Source of the DNA: Callorhinchus milii
Lineage: Eukaryota
DNA: 64,000 nucleotides
Direction of reading: 5' to 3'
Assembly (NCBI RefSeq): GCF_018977255.1
Contig: NW_024704742.1
Coordinates: 38,256,001 to 38,320,000, forward strand
Positions 37,705 to 51,164 of the stretch are shown here, piece after piece. Position 1 is the stretch's first letter, and each line of letters opens with the position of its first letter. Made by a program: the position numbers and the translations under genes. The notes under the pieces are model-generated. The model had not been told where the DNA came from, searched no databases, and saw only the letters and a list, made by a program, of their open reading frames with translations.

Positions 37705-38045
37705 TTTAGGGAGAAACTGTTTCCACTGGCCGATGGCTTAGTCGCCAGGGCACATAGATTTAAGATAATTGGCAAAACAAACAGACAGGAGATGAGGAGA
37801 ATTTTTTTTACACAGAGAGTTGTTACAGTCTGGAATATACTGCCTGAAAGGATGGAGGAAACAGATTCAATAACAACTTTCAAAAGGGAATTAGATAGGT
37901 ACTTGAAAAGGAAAAATTTTCAGGGGTATAGGGAAAGAGCGGAGGAGTGGGACTGATTGGGTAGCTCTTCAAAGAGCCAGTACAGGCACAATGTGTTGAA
38001 TGGCCTCCTTCTGTGCTGTAATATTCTATAATTCTATGATTCTAT
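37705..38045 (+). mobile_element. CR1 LINE 3' end
   Basis: FFTQRVVTVWNILPE...FKRELDRYL; tail attctata attctatg attctatg. Confidence 0.9.
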
Positions 38046-38708
38046 GGTATCGCTATCTAACAAACTTTCCCACTGATTGAGCTGAGTGGGATGATTCTCT
38101 GCATACGGGGGTAGCATCCTAGAGCGCTTGACGGTGGTAGTGTCTGACCCCGAGCCAGGGGGAGAGGGACGGGGGAGGTGACCGTAAGCACGATCAAAAA
38201 GGAGTGTCTTTAGACAAACAGGAAACTCTGTCAAGACAACAATATCAATGGTAAGTTATGTGATTTTAGCTGGTACCCCCAACGCACACTCTGGGGTCCC
38301 CAAACCTTGGCTCTTGTCATCCTGTGCCTAATACTCTCTTCTCATTACGTAAGCAGATTGAGTCCTTACAGAGAGAGAGTCTGCATTCCATTCTAGACAT
38401 GGGGATTTCCATGTGTTGGGGTGAATGGAATTATCAGTTTGGTTTGGATACTCTTAAGCATGTTGATGGGATGATGACACCCATCTAACCAAAAAAAAGG
38501 TTCAAATGGAGAGTGGACCCATCAGCATCTAAGTTTACTATACATAACGTGTTAACGCAAGCAGAAGCTGTGGTTATCAAACAACTGACAGGAACTTGCT
38601 TCTGCAAACTAGTTGCTGATAAATCTAAAATTAAATAATGGAAGTGGAACTAAAACCAATAGGTTTCTGATACACACTCTCATTGTGAATAATACATTAA
38701 TATAAATC

Positions 38709-38830
38709 AGGGTAGTCCAATGGGCTGGATTATTTGAGAAAGGTCCATGGGCCACATCCAGCGTGGGCCAGCTGGCGGCCGACGGGCCACATCTGGCCCG
38801 GACATTGATTTTATTCAGCCCGAGACCATT
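38709..38830. mobile_element. Possible hAT DNA-transposon terminal fragment
   Basis: CAGGG start and repeated gggccacatc/ggcccg subterminal motifs resemble hAT MITEs; no partner TIR found. Confidence 0.3.
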
Positions 38831-39605
38831 TCCAACATTCCAACTTCTGCTCCATCCCTCCCTGATGAACATCCTCCCAGGGCAGCGGCAGGAGCCAGAG
38901 GTTGGGAGGAAGCAGCGCAGAGAGAGTGGAAATAATATCGAGCATTACTACAGTGCGTCAGGAAGGCAAGGTAGAGCTATCCAACTAGTCTCTTACCAAC
39001 CGTGTCCTTAGCAACTTAGTTCTGTGGCTGCAGATAGTGATTACCGCACAGCTGATTGGGAGAGAGAGAGATTGAGAGGTGGGGAAGAGGAACCACGCTG
39101 ATGTAAATCATAGAATCAGAGAATTTATAGCACAGAAGGAAGCCATTTGGCCCATCGTGCCTATGCTGGCTCTTGGAAAAGAGCTATCCAAATAGTCCCA
39201 CTCCCCAACTCTTACCGCATAGTCCTGCAAACTTTCCCTTTTCAAGTGCCTATCCAATTCCATTTTGAAAGTTACTATCGAATCTGCTTCCATCACCCTT
39301 TTAGGCAGTGTATTCCAGATCGTAACAACTGTCTGGATAAAACAAAATTCTCCTAATTCCTCCTCTAGTCCTTTTGCCAATTATCTTAAATTTGTGTCCT
39401 TTGGTTACCAACCCACCTGCCTATCTACTCTTATCAAAACCCTTCATAATTTTGAACATCTCTATTAAATCTCCCCTCAACCTTCTCTGCTCTAAGGAGA
39501 ATAATTCTGGCCTCTCCTGTCTCTCCACATATTTGAAGTACCTCATGATACCTGATATCATGCTGGTAAATCTCCCTTAGATCCTCTCAAAGCCCCTGAC
39601 ATCTT

Positions 39606-39925
39606 TAATAATAATAATAATAATAATCCTTGCATTTGATATAGCGCTTTTCACGTCGGGAGGACGTCCCAAAGCGCTTCACAGAACACACTGTAAAGTG
39701 AATTGACTGTATATTTGTGGGCGAACGCGGCAGCCATTTGCGCACAGCAATGTCCCACAAACAGTCATGGATTGAAAATGACCAATTTATTATTGTTTTT
39801 GGTTTTGGAGGGATTATTATTAGGCGTGTGGAGTAAGGAAACTTGCCCAGGGTTTCGCCCTGCCTGGAATTGAACTCAGGTCTCTCACTTGCAAAGCGAG
39901 TGCTCTAACCACTGAGCTACAGGAC
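39606..39925 (-). mobile_element. Young tRNA-head SINE, short variant, nested in CR1
   Basis: Near-identical to 15157-15518. Confidence 0.92.
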
Positions 39926-40139
39926 AGGATACACTTTCCTAAAGCGTAGTGCATAGAATTGGACATAATACTCCAGCTGAGGCCTAAATAATGATTTATA
40001 AAGGTTTAGCAAAACATCCTTGCTTTTGTACTCTCTGCCTGTATTTATACAGCCAAGGATCCCACCTTCAAAGACTTGTGTATGTGAACCCACAAGTGTC
40101 TCTGTTCCTGCACCTCCTTTAAAATTGTACCATTTAGTT

Positions 40140-40525
40140 TGGAGACCTGTAACTTAGTGGTTAGTGCACTCGCCTCGCTAGCGAGAGGACCTGGATTTGA
40201 TTCCTGGGCAGGGCAAAACATTGGGCGAGTTCCGTTACTCCACACGCCTCTGTTTACCTAACAGTAAGTAGGAACTCGGTTGTTAGTCGAATGGCAGATC
40301 AGTTTTCCGGGGATAATAATCTCTTCAAAACTAAAATTAAATAAATAATAATAATTTGGTCACTCAATCCATGATTGTTTATGGGACACTGCTGCGCGCA
40401 ATTGGCTGCCACGTTTCGCCCACAAAATATACAGTCAATTCACTTTACAGTATATTCTGTGAAGCGCTTTGAGACATGTCGAAGACATGATAAGGCGCTA
40501 TGTCAAATATAAGGATTATTATATT
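40140..40525 (+). mobile_element. tRNA-head SINE, long variant, nested in CR1
   Basis: Full-length head, body and tail. Confidence 0.9.
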
Positions 40526-42497
40526 GTATATTATATGTGTATATCTTATATAGCCTTTCATTATTCCTCCTTCCAAAATGCATCACTTCGCACTTCTCTG
40601 CATTAAATTTCATCTGCCATGAGTCTGCCCATTTCACCAGCCTGTCTGTCATCCTGAGTCTGTTACCATCCTCCTCACTGTTTACTATGCTTCCAAGTTT
40701 TGTGTCATCTGCGAACTTTAAAATGTTGCTCTATATACCCAAGTCCAGATTATTAATTTATATCAAAAGAGCAGTGGTTCTAATATGGACACCTGGGTGA
40801 CACCACTGTTTACCTCTCTCCGGTCTGAAAAATAGCAGTTCACCATTAATCTCTGCTTTCTGTATCCCAGTGTTGTGATTTCCGATCCCTGAGTTCAAAA
40901 TATAACCCAACAATCCAAATTAGTGTAACAGAATTTCCTATTAAACAACAGTTAAAACACAAGCAATTACAGAATTAAAGGCATACTACCAATTCAAATG
41001 ATCCTGTAATACTTGTGGGCAGTTCCGTGCAGCAACTTAATTTCCCATCTTTCTATGACTCCTTTGGCAACTGCCCAGAATACTAGCAAACCTTTATCTT
41101 ATACCTAAACCTTATCACAGTTTGTTATGTATATGTAAAACATGGATTCAATGCTGTGACCAATCACAGCCCTTCTTTTTTACCCCAATCTTGATATATC
41201 TCATGTCTTCCCACTCCACACGCCTTCGGCTAATCCTAATTTCTTTAGTTATCCAGGGAGCACTAGCTTTCGATGCTCTACCTTTCCCCCTCATGGGAAT
41301 GTGTTTAGTCTGTGCCCTAACTATCCCCTCCTTGAAGGCCTCCCATTGCTTGTTTACTGTTTTACCTGCCAACCTTTGTTTCCAATCCACTTGGGCCAGA
41401 TCCCTTTCCAACTCACTGAAATTAGCCTCTTCCAGTTGGGTAACTTAACCTTGGATTGTTCCTTGTCCCTTTCCATAACTACTCTAAACCTAATTATATT
41501 GTGATCACTAGTATCCAGTTGCTCTCCCACTGACACAGTCTCCACTTGCCCCTCTTCATTGCCCAGAACTAGATCCAGCACTGCTTCCTTCCTCGTTGAG
41601 CTGGAAACATACTGATCAAGAAAGTTCTCCTGTACATATTTTAGCAATTCATCCCCCTCCTTGCCCTATACACTTTTTTTCCCCAGTCTATGTAAGGATA
41701 ATTGAAGTAATAAACAACAACTATAACTTGGATTTATATAGTGCCCTTCACGTGGGATAGGATCTCGGAGCATTTAATCCCTGATAACCGTAATTTTACT
41801 GTTATTATTGTCAGTAAAAGTAACAGTATATTGGTAGCAAACAAGTCAGTCAGTTTGCATACAGTGAGATCCCATAAACATCCATGAGGTGAATGGATCA
41901 GATAAGAAGGTGGAGTCAAAAATGTAAGTCGCAGATATAAGAAAATAGCAGTACAGAGCACTGACTTAATCAAGTCTAATTTTTGTGTTGGGTGTCATCA
42001 ACAATATTTATATAGCACCTTTCACATCCGCAGCATGCCTCAGTGCACTTCACACAGCTGTCTAAGAGCCTGAGCTGGGGCGGGGGCAGGGGGAGGTGAC
42101 CAAAAGCATAGTTGAAAAAATGGGGGGAGGGAGCAGGCAAAGAGGCTCTAGGATGAAGTTCTTCTAGAGATAGGGGGCAGAAGGGCTGAAAGCTTATCTA
42201 CCAATGGGATTGTGGGAGGCTGTAGAGGTGGTGAAGGGTTTTGAAATTGAGGAGAAAGGGGAAGGACTGTGGGAATGGGAAGCCAATGGAGACAAGCATG
42301 GGTGGGGGTGATGTCCTCTTCTGTCCTATGGCTCTGACCTCCTCAACCTCCCCGGCCTATCACTCAAACTCACTTAACTGGTGCTTGTCCTAGGCTTCAG
42401 GCTCAACACATAGCTGTCCTTCCTATCCCACATCTGGGCCCTGACCAGGACCGTCTTCCTCCACCTCCGACTCATTGCCCACCTCCAACCATAGCTT

Positions 42498-42814
42498 GTG
42501 GAGTCCTGTAGCTCAGTGGTTAGAGCACTTGCCTTGCAAGCGAGACACTTGGATTCAATTCCAGGCAGGGCGAAACCTTTGGCAAGTTTCCTTACTCCAC
42601 ACGCCTAATAATAATCCCTCCAAAACCAAAAACAATAATAAATTCGTCATTTTTCAATCTACGACTGTTTGTGGGACATTGCTGTGCGCAATTGGCTGCC
42701 GCGTTTCGCCCACAAATATACGGTCAATTCATTTTACAGCATATTCTGTGAAGCGCTTTGAGACGTCGAGAAGGCATGAAAAAGCGCTATATCAAATGCA
42801 AATACAAGGATTAT
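42498..42814 (+). mobile_element. tRNA-head SINE, short variant, nested in a degraded L2 (about 42300-43250)
   Basis: Head gtggagtcctgtagctcagtggttagagc. Downstream L2 peptide NYSNALLTGLPSSTIHKIQVIQN...FHWLSI. Confidence 0.88.
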
Positions 42815-43519
42815 CCCAAACGCAGCCAAAGCATTCATCCAGGCATTTGTCAGCTCCTACTCAACTACTCAAATGCTCTTCTCACCGGGCTCCCCAGCTC
42901 CACTATCCACAAAATCCAGGTAATCCAAAACTCCACCACCCACATATTCACCCGCATACTCATACGCACTAAACTGCATACCCCCATCACATCAGTTATA
43001 ACCAGGTTCCACTGGCTCTCTATTGCCGAGCAGATCGATTTCAAGGTACTCACATGTCTTCAAATCTCTTCATGCCCTGGCACCTCCCCACCTTTCCAAC
43101 CTGCTTACCCCCCAACCCACAACCTCTGCTCGGCCGGCCTTCTGCATGTCCCTCGTGCCCTCCATTCCACCATCAGTGTCCATGATTTCAGCCACTGCGC
43201 CCCAAAACTCTGGAACACTCTTCCTCTATCCCTCTCCTGGCTCATCAATGTTTTCCGTCACTGTTAAGTGCATGAGACGTTATTTGTCCATTTAGTATTT
43301 TCGACCTATCCGTATATTATAGTAGGTTCCGCAAATAATTATTATATAAACGCAACGGAAAAAGTCATTAAACCTGATATGTGAATGTGTTTAATTTTTT
43401 TTAATGGTGTGAACTTTCCCTGGTTGGCTTAGGCAATTCTAGTGATTAAGGTGATTGTGTTCTCTGACAATAAAACCATGAAGCTTATTATAAAAAAACA
43501 TACAAAAAGCTTAGATTTA

Positions 43520-43719
43520 TGTATGCAAATCTGTGAAATTGGTACACGCACCTGTACTTCTTTTTACACGAAGATTTCTACCAATAGCAGATGAGCATGG
43601 CAAGGAGCCAAACCACAAGTGAAACTATATAACATTGTGTTTGGAACGCTGTGCAAACTTTGTTGGATTTTCAGCAAAGTAGAGAAAGATCTTCACAATT
43701 GATTTTTTTCCTGACACTG
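43520..43719 (+). promoter_or_regulatory. PLAC8 copy C putative promoter and non-coding exon 1
   Basis: ATGCAAAT at 43523, CCAAT at 43581, AACCACA at 43611, TATATAA at 43626, and donor CTG|GTGAGT at 43720. TATA-to-donor spacing is similar to copies A and B. Confidence 0.62.
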
Positions 43720-43869
43720 GTGAGTAGTTTACAGATTTATTTTTACTAGATGCATTGTGTGTGATGTATTTTATATGCAGAGAAACAATTGTCGATAATA
43801 GAGTGATTTAAATACACATAAAATGGAATTGGCTGAATTCAGATTTGTTGTGTTTTTGAAATAGTCATT

Positions 43870-44590
43870 TTTGAGCCAGATTGTCAGAAGGTTGGGGTTC
43901 AAGCCCCACATCAGCACTTTGAACTCATATGGAGTCCTGTAGCTCAGTGGTTAGAGCATTCGCTTTGCAAGCGAGACACCTGAGTTCAATCCCAGGCAGA
44001 GGGCGAAACCTTGGGCAAGTTTCCTTACTCCACACAGAGCCTAATAATAATCCCTCCAAAACAATAATAAATTGGTAATTTTCAATCCACGACTGTTGTG
44101 CGCAATTGGCTGCCTCATTTCGCCTACAAATATACAGTCAATTCACTTTACAGTCTATTCTGTGAAGCGCTTTGAGACGTCGAGAAAATGTGAAAAGCGT
44201 TATATCAAATGCAAGGATTATTATTATTATTATTATATTATATTATATATAGTGTGGGATGATGATCCAATACAATGCTGGGAGTATGCTGCATTGTGGG
44301 AGGTGCTGTCCTTTGGATGAGATGTTTCACCGAAGTCCTGTCTACCTATACAGGTGGACATTAAAGAAGCCATGGCAGTATTTGAAAAGAGAAGGCAGTT
44401 TCTCATGATGTCTTGGTTAACAATCTCCCAAATCAAATTGGTAATTTATTTTCTGGCTATTTGTGGGACATTGTTCTGTGTAAATTGACTGCCGCATTCA
44501 CCTACAACAACAAAGTCACACCACTTAACATTATAACCTGTAAAGTGCTTTTAGATGTCTTGATGAGATAACCAAAAGTGAGGCTTATTA
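43870..44590 (+). mobile_element. DeuSINE with a nested young short SINE (43930-44245)
   Basis: DeuSINE head tcagaaggttggggttcaagcccc. The Deu domain gaggtgctgtcctttggatgagatg...aggtggacattaaagaagccatggc resumes after the nested copy. Confidence 0.82.
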
Positions 44591-45261
44591 TTGTATTTAG
44601 TAACCATGCTTTTCAAGTTGGAACAAAGAGCTGTTTAAGGGGTTTCTCGGGTCCGTAACTCTGTCTGTCCAGCGTCTTGGACGTCTTCCCGACTTGAAAG
44701 GCTCTATAAAAATGTAATTTTGTTGTTATTGTTTAAGTACAAAGTCATTGCAGTACCAAGTGTTTTCACAAAGGAGACTGAATCCGAACCTTACATCGAC
44801 GGGGGTGAAAAACAATTTTAGATCCTAACACATATTCATAGTTAAAATGTAAACTCTGTGAAGTACTTAGATTATGTTATTCATTATATTTTGATTTCAC
44901 TGAAACATTTGCCAAGTCATTGATAGAGGGATTTATACAAAAATAATTTCATTTGCTCTATTTATTCAATATTATTTGTGTCTATTGAACTTTTTAAAAA
45001 TTAACACATTGTGTCGAAAGCCAACGTGGAACAAAGAGCAGTCTCAAGAGTTATGAGCAGTGTGTGTGTAGTACACTACTGAATGTTAATGAAGTTGCCT
45101 GAATCTGAACCTTATACTTATAAGAGTAAAAAACAGTTTCAGATTTTAACTGTTTTTCAGAGTTTAGATTTGAACGACCTGAGGAGCATAGAAATGTGAT
45201 TATGTTTGTGATTTAGCACCTGGCTCTGAGTCAGAATATTAGTCCTCAATCAGAGAACTAA

Positions 45262-45524
45262 GTGATATAGCGCCTTATCACGTCTTCAAGACGTCTCAAA
45301 GCGCTTCACAGAATATACTGTGAAGTGAATTGACTGTATATTTTGTGGAAGAAACGCAGCAGCCAATTGCACACAGCAGTGTCCCACAAACAGTCAATGA
45401 TTGAAGTGACCAATTTATTATTACTATTTTTTTCCCTGCCCCAACATTTCGCTCTGCCGGCAATCAAACCCAGGTCTCTCACTTGTGAGGCGAGTGCTCT
45501 AACCACTGAGCTACAGGACTCCAC
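45262..45524 (-). mobile_element. tRNA-head SINE, internally deleted
   Basis: Reverse-complement head gtggagtcctgtagctcagtgg and family body. Confidence 0.85.
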
Positions 45525-47339
45525 TTATAATTTCTTAGTAAATGCATTATATGGCAACCGGGTCACAGATGAACTCAGAATTGTAATTTAAGGGATGTTA
45601 GCAGAAAAAAAAGTCACATTCGAAATTCCACTTAATCTTAGGCTCTAAGACTACTTTGTCTTAAAAAATTAACATCACACTGAATTCTTAAATTCATTCT
45701 TCATTTGAAAGCTGGTTGTTTTAAAGAACTGCTGAAAAACAACTTCTATGTAAATTCAGGCTGAATTTAAGAATTTCCCACAGTTCCATGTCATCTTAAA
45801 TTTCAAGTCATAATGAGGTAAAATTTCCATTCCGTATTACACACTTCGTGTTCAGTAAAGTTGGTCACTGATAAGATATTTCATTATAGATGTGCATCAC
45901 CAAAGATGGCCCATGTAATCCTGAACATAAATTTATTCGAATTATACCTTACAATAAGAATATTATTGCCAACGTTTCCCTGGGTGGTATCCAATTACAA
46001 TAGTTCACTCAATGAGTGAGGACTGTTTTCTACGCTTGTAACATCTTTATTTTAGATTGTGAAACTCACTGGTTGAATCAGATAGTACAGATACATTCAA
46101 GAGGAAGCTGGACCATCACACAAGAGGGAGGGTAATAAAAGCGTATGGGAGGGAGTAAGGAATGGGTGATGTTTTGTGTAGAGTATAAACACTGGTCTCA
46201 TTGAGCCAAGCGGCCTGTATCTTTTCTGTATGAACTTTGTAATGTTGAAAAAATAACAGCTGAACGTAAATTTATTCCAATTATACCTTACTTTCCCTTA
46301 GGTTTTAGCTCACCAAATAATGCCTAGGGTCACTTCCCCTTTCCACTCTCCCTTGCTCAGCATCCACCCCTGCCACTTTGCAGCACTCTGAGATACTGTT
46401 CTGTGTGAAGGCCCTCTATAAATCCAAGTTTTTATTGTTGCAAGTAGTGTCAATGGCTGACCATTCTGTCTGCTTCATCAATGAAACTTCATGGTGTAAG
46501 CATGACTCTTACTTGGTGAGCTAAACCCTAAGGAAAAGTACAATCATATCAGAATAAATACCTAGCTAGGCTTCACTGCCTCCCTATTACCATGAACTGA
46601 ACTTTAAGATACTTATTTTTATTTTCAACTTGCTCTACAGCCACTATCTTTACGATCTCCTGCCTGCAGTCCTACTCCCCCACTCACTCCGCCTCCTTCA
46701 TGTCTCGCATGTCTTTGTGGTGTTTTTATCTGAATTTATGTTTCAATGTGCTTAACAATGTGAATTAAGTGGGAGTAATTCAGAGGCATGGTTGAAGAAA
46801 GCTTTTAAAACCAGAGAGTAAAAGGAAGCAATGCAAAGTCATTTTACAAAAGTGTTTCAGGGAACTGTGGCCTGACGACTGCAGGCCCAATGGTGGAATA
46901 CAGAGAGGGGGAAGCAACCAGTAAATTAAAGGCAGAAAAACTGAGAGAATAGGCTGGAATGGAGAACTGGAGAATTTTGCCAGATAGAGCTGAGTCAAGC
47001 TGCGGAGAAGCTAAAAATGAAAGCGTCACTGGCAGGGGATGATCAAGAATTCTGATGGCAGTGGAAAAGTTGAAGAGTTTCAGAAGCCAAACAGGATGAT
47101 ATCAGTGACTTTCATTTTAGTGTAGAGCTGAGAGCAGCTCTTAGCACCAATACATAATTCTTGTTTTTGATATAGAACCTATTGCATCATGAAAACATCT
47201 CAAAGAGCTTTAAAGGATTTTACTGTAAAGCGCAATGACTGTATTTTGTAGACAGACACAGCAGCAAATTTGCACACAGTAACATCCCACAAACAGCCAT
47301 GAAGTGAATGACCGTTTTTTTTAAATCTCTCACTTCTCA

Positions 47340-50300
47340 CTTGGAGCAGAGAGTCCAGCAGTGTGAGGAGGGAACTGAGTGAGGTAGAACAGAGTGAGAA
47401 TTCTGTTAAGGAATTTGGTGAGAGTGGGAATTTGGTGTAGAGGGGGAAAGAGGTGCATAATTATAAAATATATAATAATTATATTAAAATAATATAAAAC
47501 ATGTCTGGGAATATGGCAGGGCAGCTGAGACCAGTTGCATGCACAATGTGTGCCATGGAGGAACTCCAGGATACTTTGTGTGCCCTGGACAAACACGTGT
47601 GTAGGAAGTGCCTCCGGCTCTTTGAGTTTCAGCTCAGGGTTTCTGAGTTCAAGGAGAGGTTGGTATCACTACATTGCATATGGGAGGCTGAAGAGTACAT
47701 GGATCGAACATTCCAGGATGTGGTCAATCCACAGCCACAGAGGGTTCAGAAGGAAAGTGAGTGGGTAACAACCCGGCATAGTAGGAAGAGGGGACAGGCA
47801 ATACAGCAATCCCCTGAGAGTGTGATACTCACAAACCAGTTCTCTGTACTGAACACCGGTGAGGGTGATGACACCTCTGGGGAGGGGAGTCAAAAGCAAA
47901 TGGATGCACGGGCAGACACAGCGAAGAGTGTCAATGCAATTGTCATTGGGGACACAACGGTGAAAGGAGTAGACACGCGTTTCTGCAATCAAAGTCATGA
48001 CTCTCGCATGATATGTTGCCCCCCTGGTGCAGGGTTGAAGACATCATGGAATGGGTGGAAAACGTTCTACAGGGGAAGGGGAACATCCAGAAGTCGTGGT
48101 CCATGTTGGGATCCATGACGTAGGGAAAAAAAGGGCTAAGATCCTACAGGGAGAGTATCAGAAGCTAGGGAATAAGCTAAAGAGTAGGACCTCAAAGGTG
48201 GTGATCTCTAGATTACTTCCCAGTGCCTCGTGCAAGTGAGTATCAAAACAGCAGGATGAAACACATGAATGCACGGCTGGAGATATGGTGCAGAAAGGAG
48301 GGCTTCAGGCTCCTGAATCATTGGGACCAGTTCCGGGTGCAGGTGGGACCTGTACTAGGTGAATGGCTTGCACCTGAACAGGGCTGGGACCAATGTCCTC
48401 ACAGGGAGGTTACTAATGCTGCACAGAAGGGTTTAAACTAATTTTGAGTGGGGAAGGAAATCAGGATGTAGCATAAGAGAGGACAAACAAGTTACATAGA
48501 GGGCTGGGAGAGACGAATAGCAAAATAATGAGTAATCCAGAAAAAGAAGGGATTAGACGGAGGGGAAATGCAGATAGACTCAGTCGGTCTTGGAGTGCAT
48601 GTGCGTATATGCACGGAGATTGTGAGCTGCAGGCTCAAGTTGCCACATAGGGTTATGATGTAATGGCAATAACGGAGACCTGGCTCAAACAAGGGCGGGA
48701 ATGGGAGCTGAATATTCCTGGCTACAATGTATTCAGGTGGGATAGAGAAGGAAAAAAACGAGGGAGGGAGGTGGTAATATTGATTAAAGACACGGTTAGG
48801 GCCCTGGAAAGGGACCATGTGCTAAAGTGTCCAAAAACAGAACCTATTTGGTTAGAGTTAAGGAGCAGAAAAGGAGCTGTGTAGGTGTATACTATAGAGC
48901 ACCAAATAGTGGGAAGGAAATAGTCAAGCAAATCTGCAAGCAGATTTCAGATGCAAAACCAACAGAGTAGTGATAATGGGGGACTTCAATTATCCTAACA
49001 GAGACTGGCAAAATAACAAAAGGGCAAGAAGGGGGAAGGATTCCTGAAATGTGTGTAGGATAACTTTCTGGATCAGTATGTTTCCAGCCCAACGAGGAAG
49101 GAAGCAGTGCTGGATCTAGTTCTGGGAAATTAATTGGGGCAAGTGGAGCAGCTTTTAGTAGGAGAGTATCTGGACAACAGTGATCACAACATCATTAGGT
49201 TTAGAATATTTATGGAAAGGGACAAGGAGCAATCAAAGGTGAGGATATTCAACTGGAAGAGGGTTAATTTCAGTGAGTTAAAAGAAAGATTGGCAAGTAA
49301 AACAGCTAATGCACAATGGGAAGCCTTCAAGGAGGAGATATTTCGGGGACAGAACAAATACATTTCCACAAAGGGGAAAGGTAGGGCATCCAAACCTCCC
49401 TGGATGAAAATGGAAATTGGGATTAAAATAAAATAGAAAAAGGAGGCTTATGATAAATGTCAGGTCCAAAATACAGAAAATAATCAAATAGAATATAGAA
49501 AGTACAGAGGAGAACTGAAAAAGGAAATAAGAGGAGCAAAGAGATTGTATGAGAAAAGATTAGCAGGTAACATAAAAGGGAACCCTAGGTCATTTTATAA
49601 GCATAGAAAGAATAAAAGGTTAGTCAAGGTAGGGTGAGTCCAATTAAGGACCAAAAAGGAAATCTTCTTGTGGAGGCAGAGGACATGGCTGACGTATTGA
49701 ATGAGTACTTTGTATCTGTCTTCACAAAAGAGGATGCAGCCAATGCTACAGTATCGGAGGAGAGGGTAGAGAAATTGGATAAAAATAAACCAAGAGGTGG
49801 TACTAAAAAGGTTGTCAGTGCTCAAGGTAGATAAGTCATCTGGTCTGGACAGGATGCATCCTAGGTTACTGAGGGAAGTAAAGGTGGAAATAATGGAGGC
49901 TCTGGACACAATCTTTCAATCCTCCTTGGTTACCGGGGTGGTGCCAGAGGACTGGAGGGTTGCAAATGTTTCTCCCCTGTACAAAAAAGGGGCAGAAGGA
50001 TAAACCCGGGAACTACAGGCCAGTCAGCCTAACATCAGTAGTGGGGAAACTTCTGGAGACTATAATCCGGAACAATGTAAATTTTCACTTAGAAAGATAT
50101 GGGTTAATAAAGGACAGCCAACACGGATTTGCTAAAGGCAAATCATGTCTAACAAACCTGATAGAGTTTTTTGATGAACTAACGGAGAGGGTGGATGAAG
50201 GTAGTGCAGTCAATGTAGTTTATATGGCTTTTCAAAAGGCGTTTGATAAAGTGCCACATAAGGGACTTGTAAGCAAAATAGAAGCCCACGGTATTAAAGG

Positions 50301-51164
50301 GACAGTGGCAGCATGGATACAGAACCAGCTGGGAGACATGAAGCAGAGAGTGGTGGTGAACGGTTGTTTTTCTGATTGGAGGGAAGTGTGCAGTGGTATT
50401 CCCCAGCGATCAGTATTGGGACCACTACTGTTTTTGATTTATATAAATGACCTGGACTTGGGTATAGGGAGTACAATTTCCAAGTTTGCAGATGATACTA
50501 AGCTAGGAAAACTGGTAAACAGTGAGGAGGATAGTAGCAGACAGTAGCAGACTTCAAGAGGACATAGACAGATTGGTAAAATGGGCAGACACGTGGCAGA
50601 TGAAGTTTAATATGGAGAAATGTGCAGTGATGCATTTTGAGAGGAAGAATGAGGAAAGGCAATATAAGCTGATGGTAGAATCTTAAAGATGGTGAAGGAA
50701 TAGAGAGACCTGGTATTCATATAAGTAAATCTTTGAAGGTGGTAGGACAGATAGATAAAGCTGTTAAAAAAGCATATGGGATACTAGGCTTTATAAATAG
50801 GGGTATAGAATACAAAGTCAGGAAGTTATGGGGTAAACAAGGAGAAATTATTTCAGGTCGATAACCCAAGGTCACCGATTTAAAATAGTTATTAAAAGAA
50901 ACAGAAGGGAGGTGAGGAGAATTTTTTTCACACAGCAAGTTGTTGGAATCTGGAATGCATTGGCTGAAATGGTGGTGGAAGCCAATTTGGCAACAACTTT
51001 TAAAAGAGAAGTAGATAATTATTTGGGGAAGACATGTTTGCAGGGCCCGGGAGAAAGTAGGGGAGTCAGATTGATTTGAATAGCTCTTCTCAAAGAGCCA
51101 GCAGACACGATAGGCCGAATGGCCTCCTTCTGTGCTGTATAATTCTATGATTCTATCATTCTAT
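47340..51164 (+). mobile_element. Near full-length, inactivated CR1 LINE (ORF1 Zn-finger plus SGNH esterase; ORF2 APE endonuclease plus RT)
   Basis: ORF1: CTMCAM...CRKCL, IVIGDT, VVVHVG. EN: MAITETWL, SDHNIIRF. RT: NYRPVSLTSVVGKLLE, QHGFAKGKSCLTNLIEFF, LGPLLFLIYINDLD, KFADDTKL. attctatg tail; many frameshifts and stops. Confidence 0.95.

Larger units (their letters stand above)
39105..41705 (-). mobile_element. CR1 LINE fragments (EN region to 3' tail) interrupted by two SINEs and a non-CR1 insert
   Basis: Minus-strand ORFs contain FLDQYVSSSTRKEAVLDLVL...SDHNIIRF and WNTLPKRVMEADS; tail at 39105-39170. Confidence 0.88.

Noticed and set aside
40871..41168. Non-CR1 insert bounded by tgtgatt...aatcaca as a second solo LTR or MITE
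   Set aside because: No TSD and only a short terminal match; it cannot be classified from this window.
47501..48441. 205-aa Cys-containing ORF and following ORFs as a novel gene
   Set aside because: This is the frameshifted ORF1 (Zn finger plus esterase) of the CR1 whose ORF2 follows immediately.
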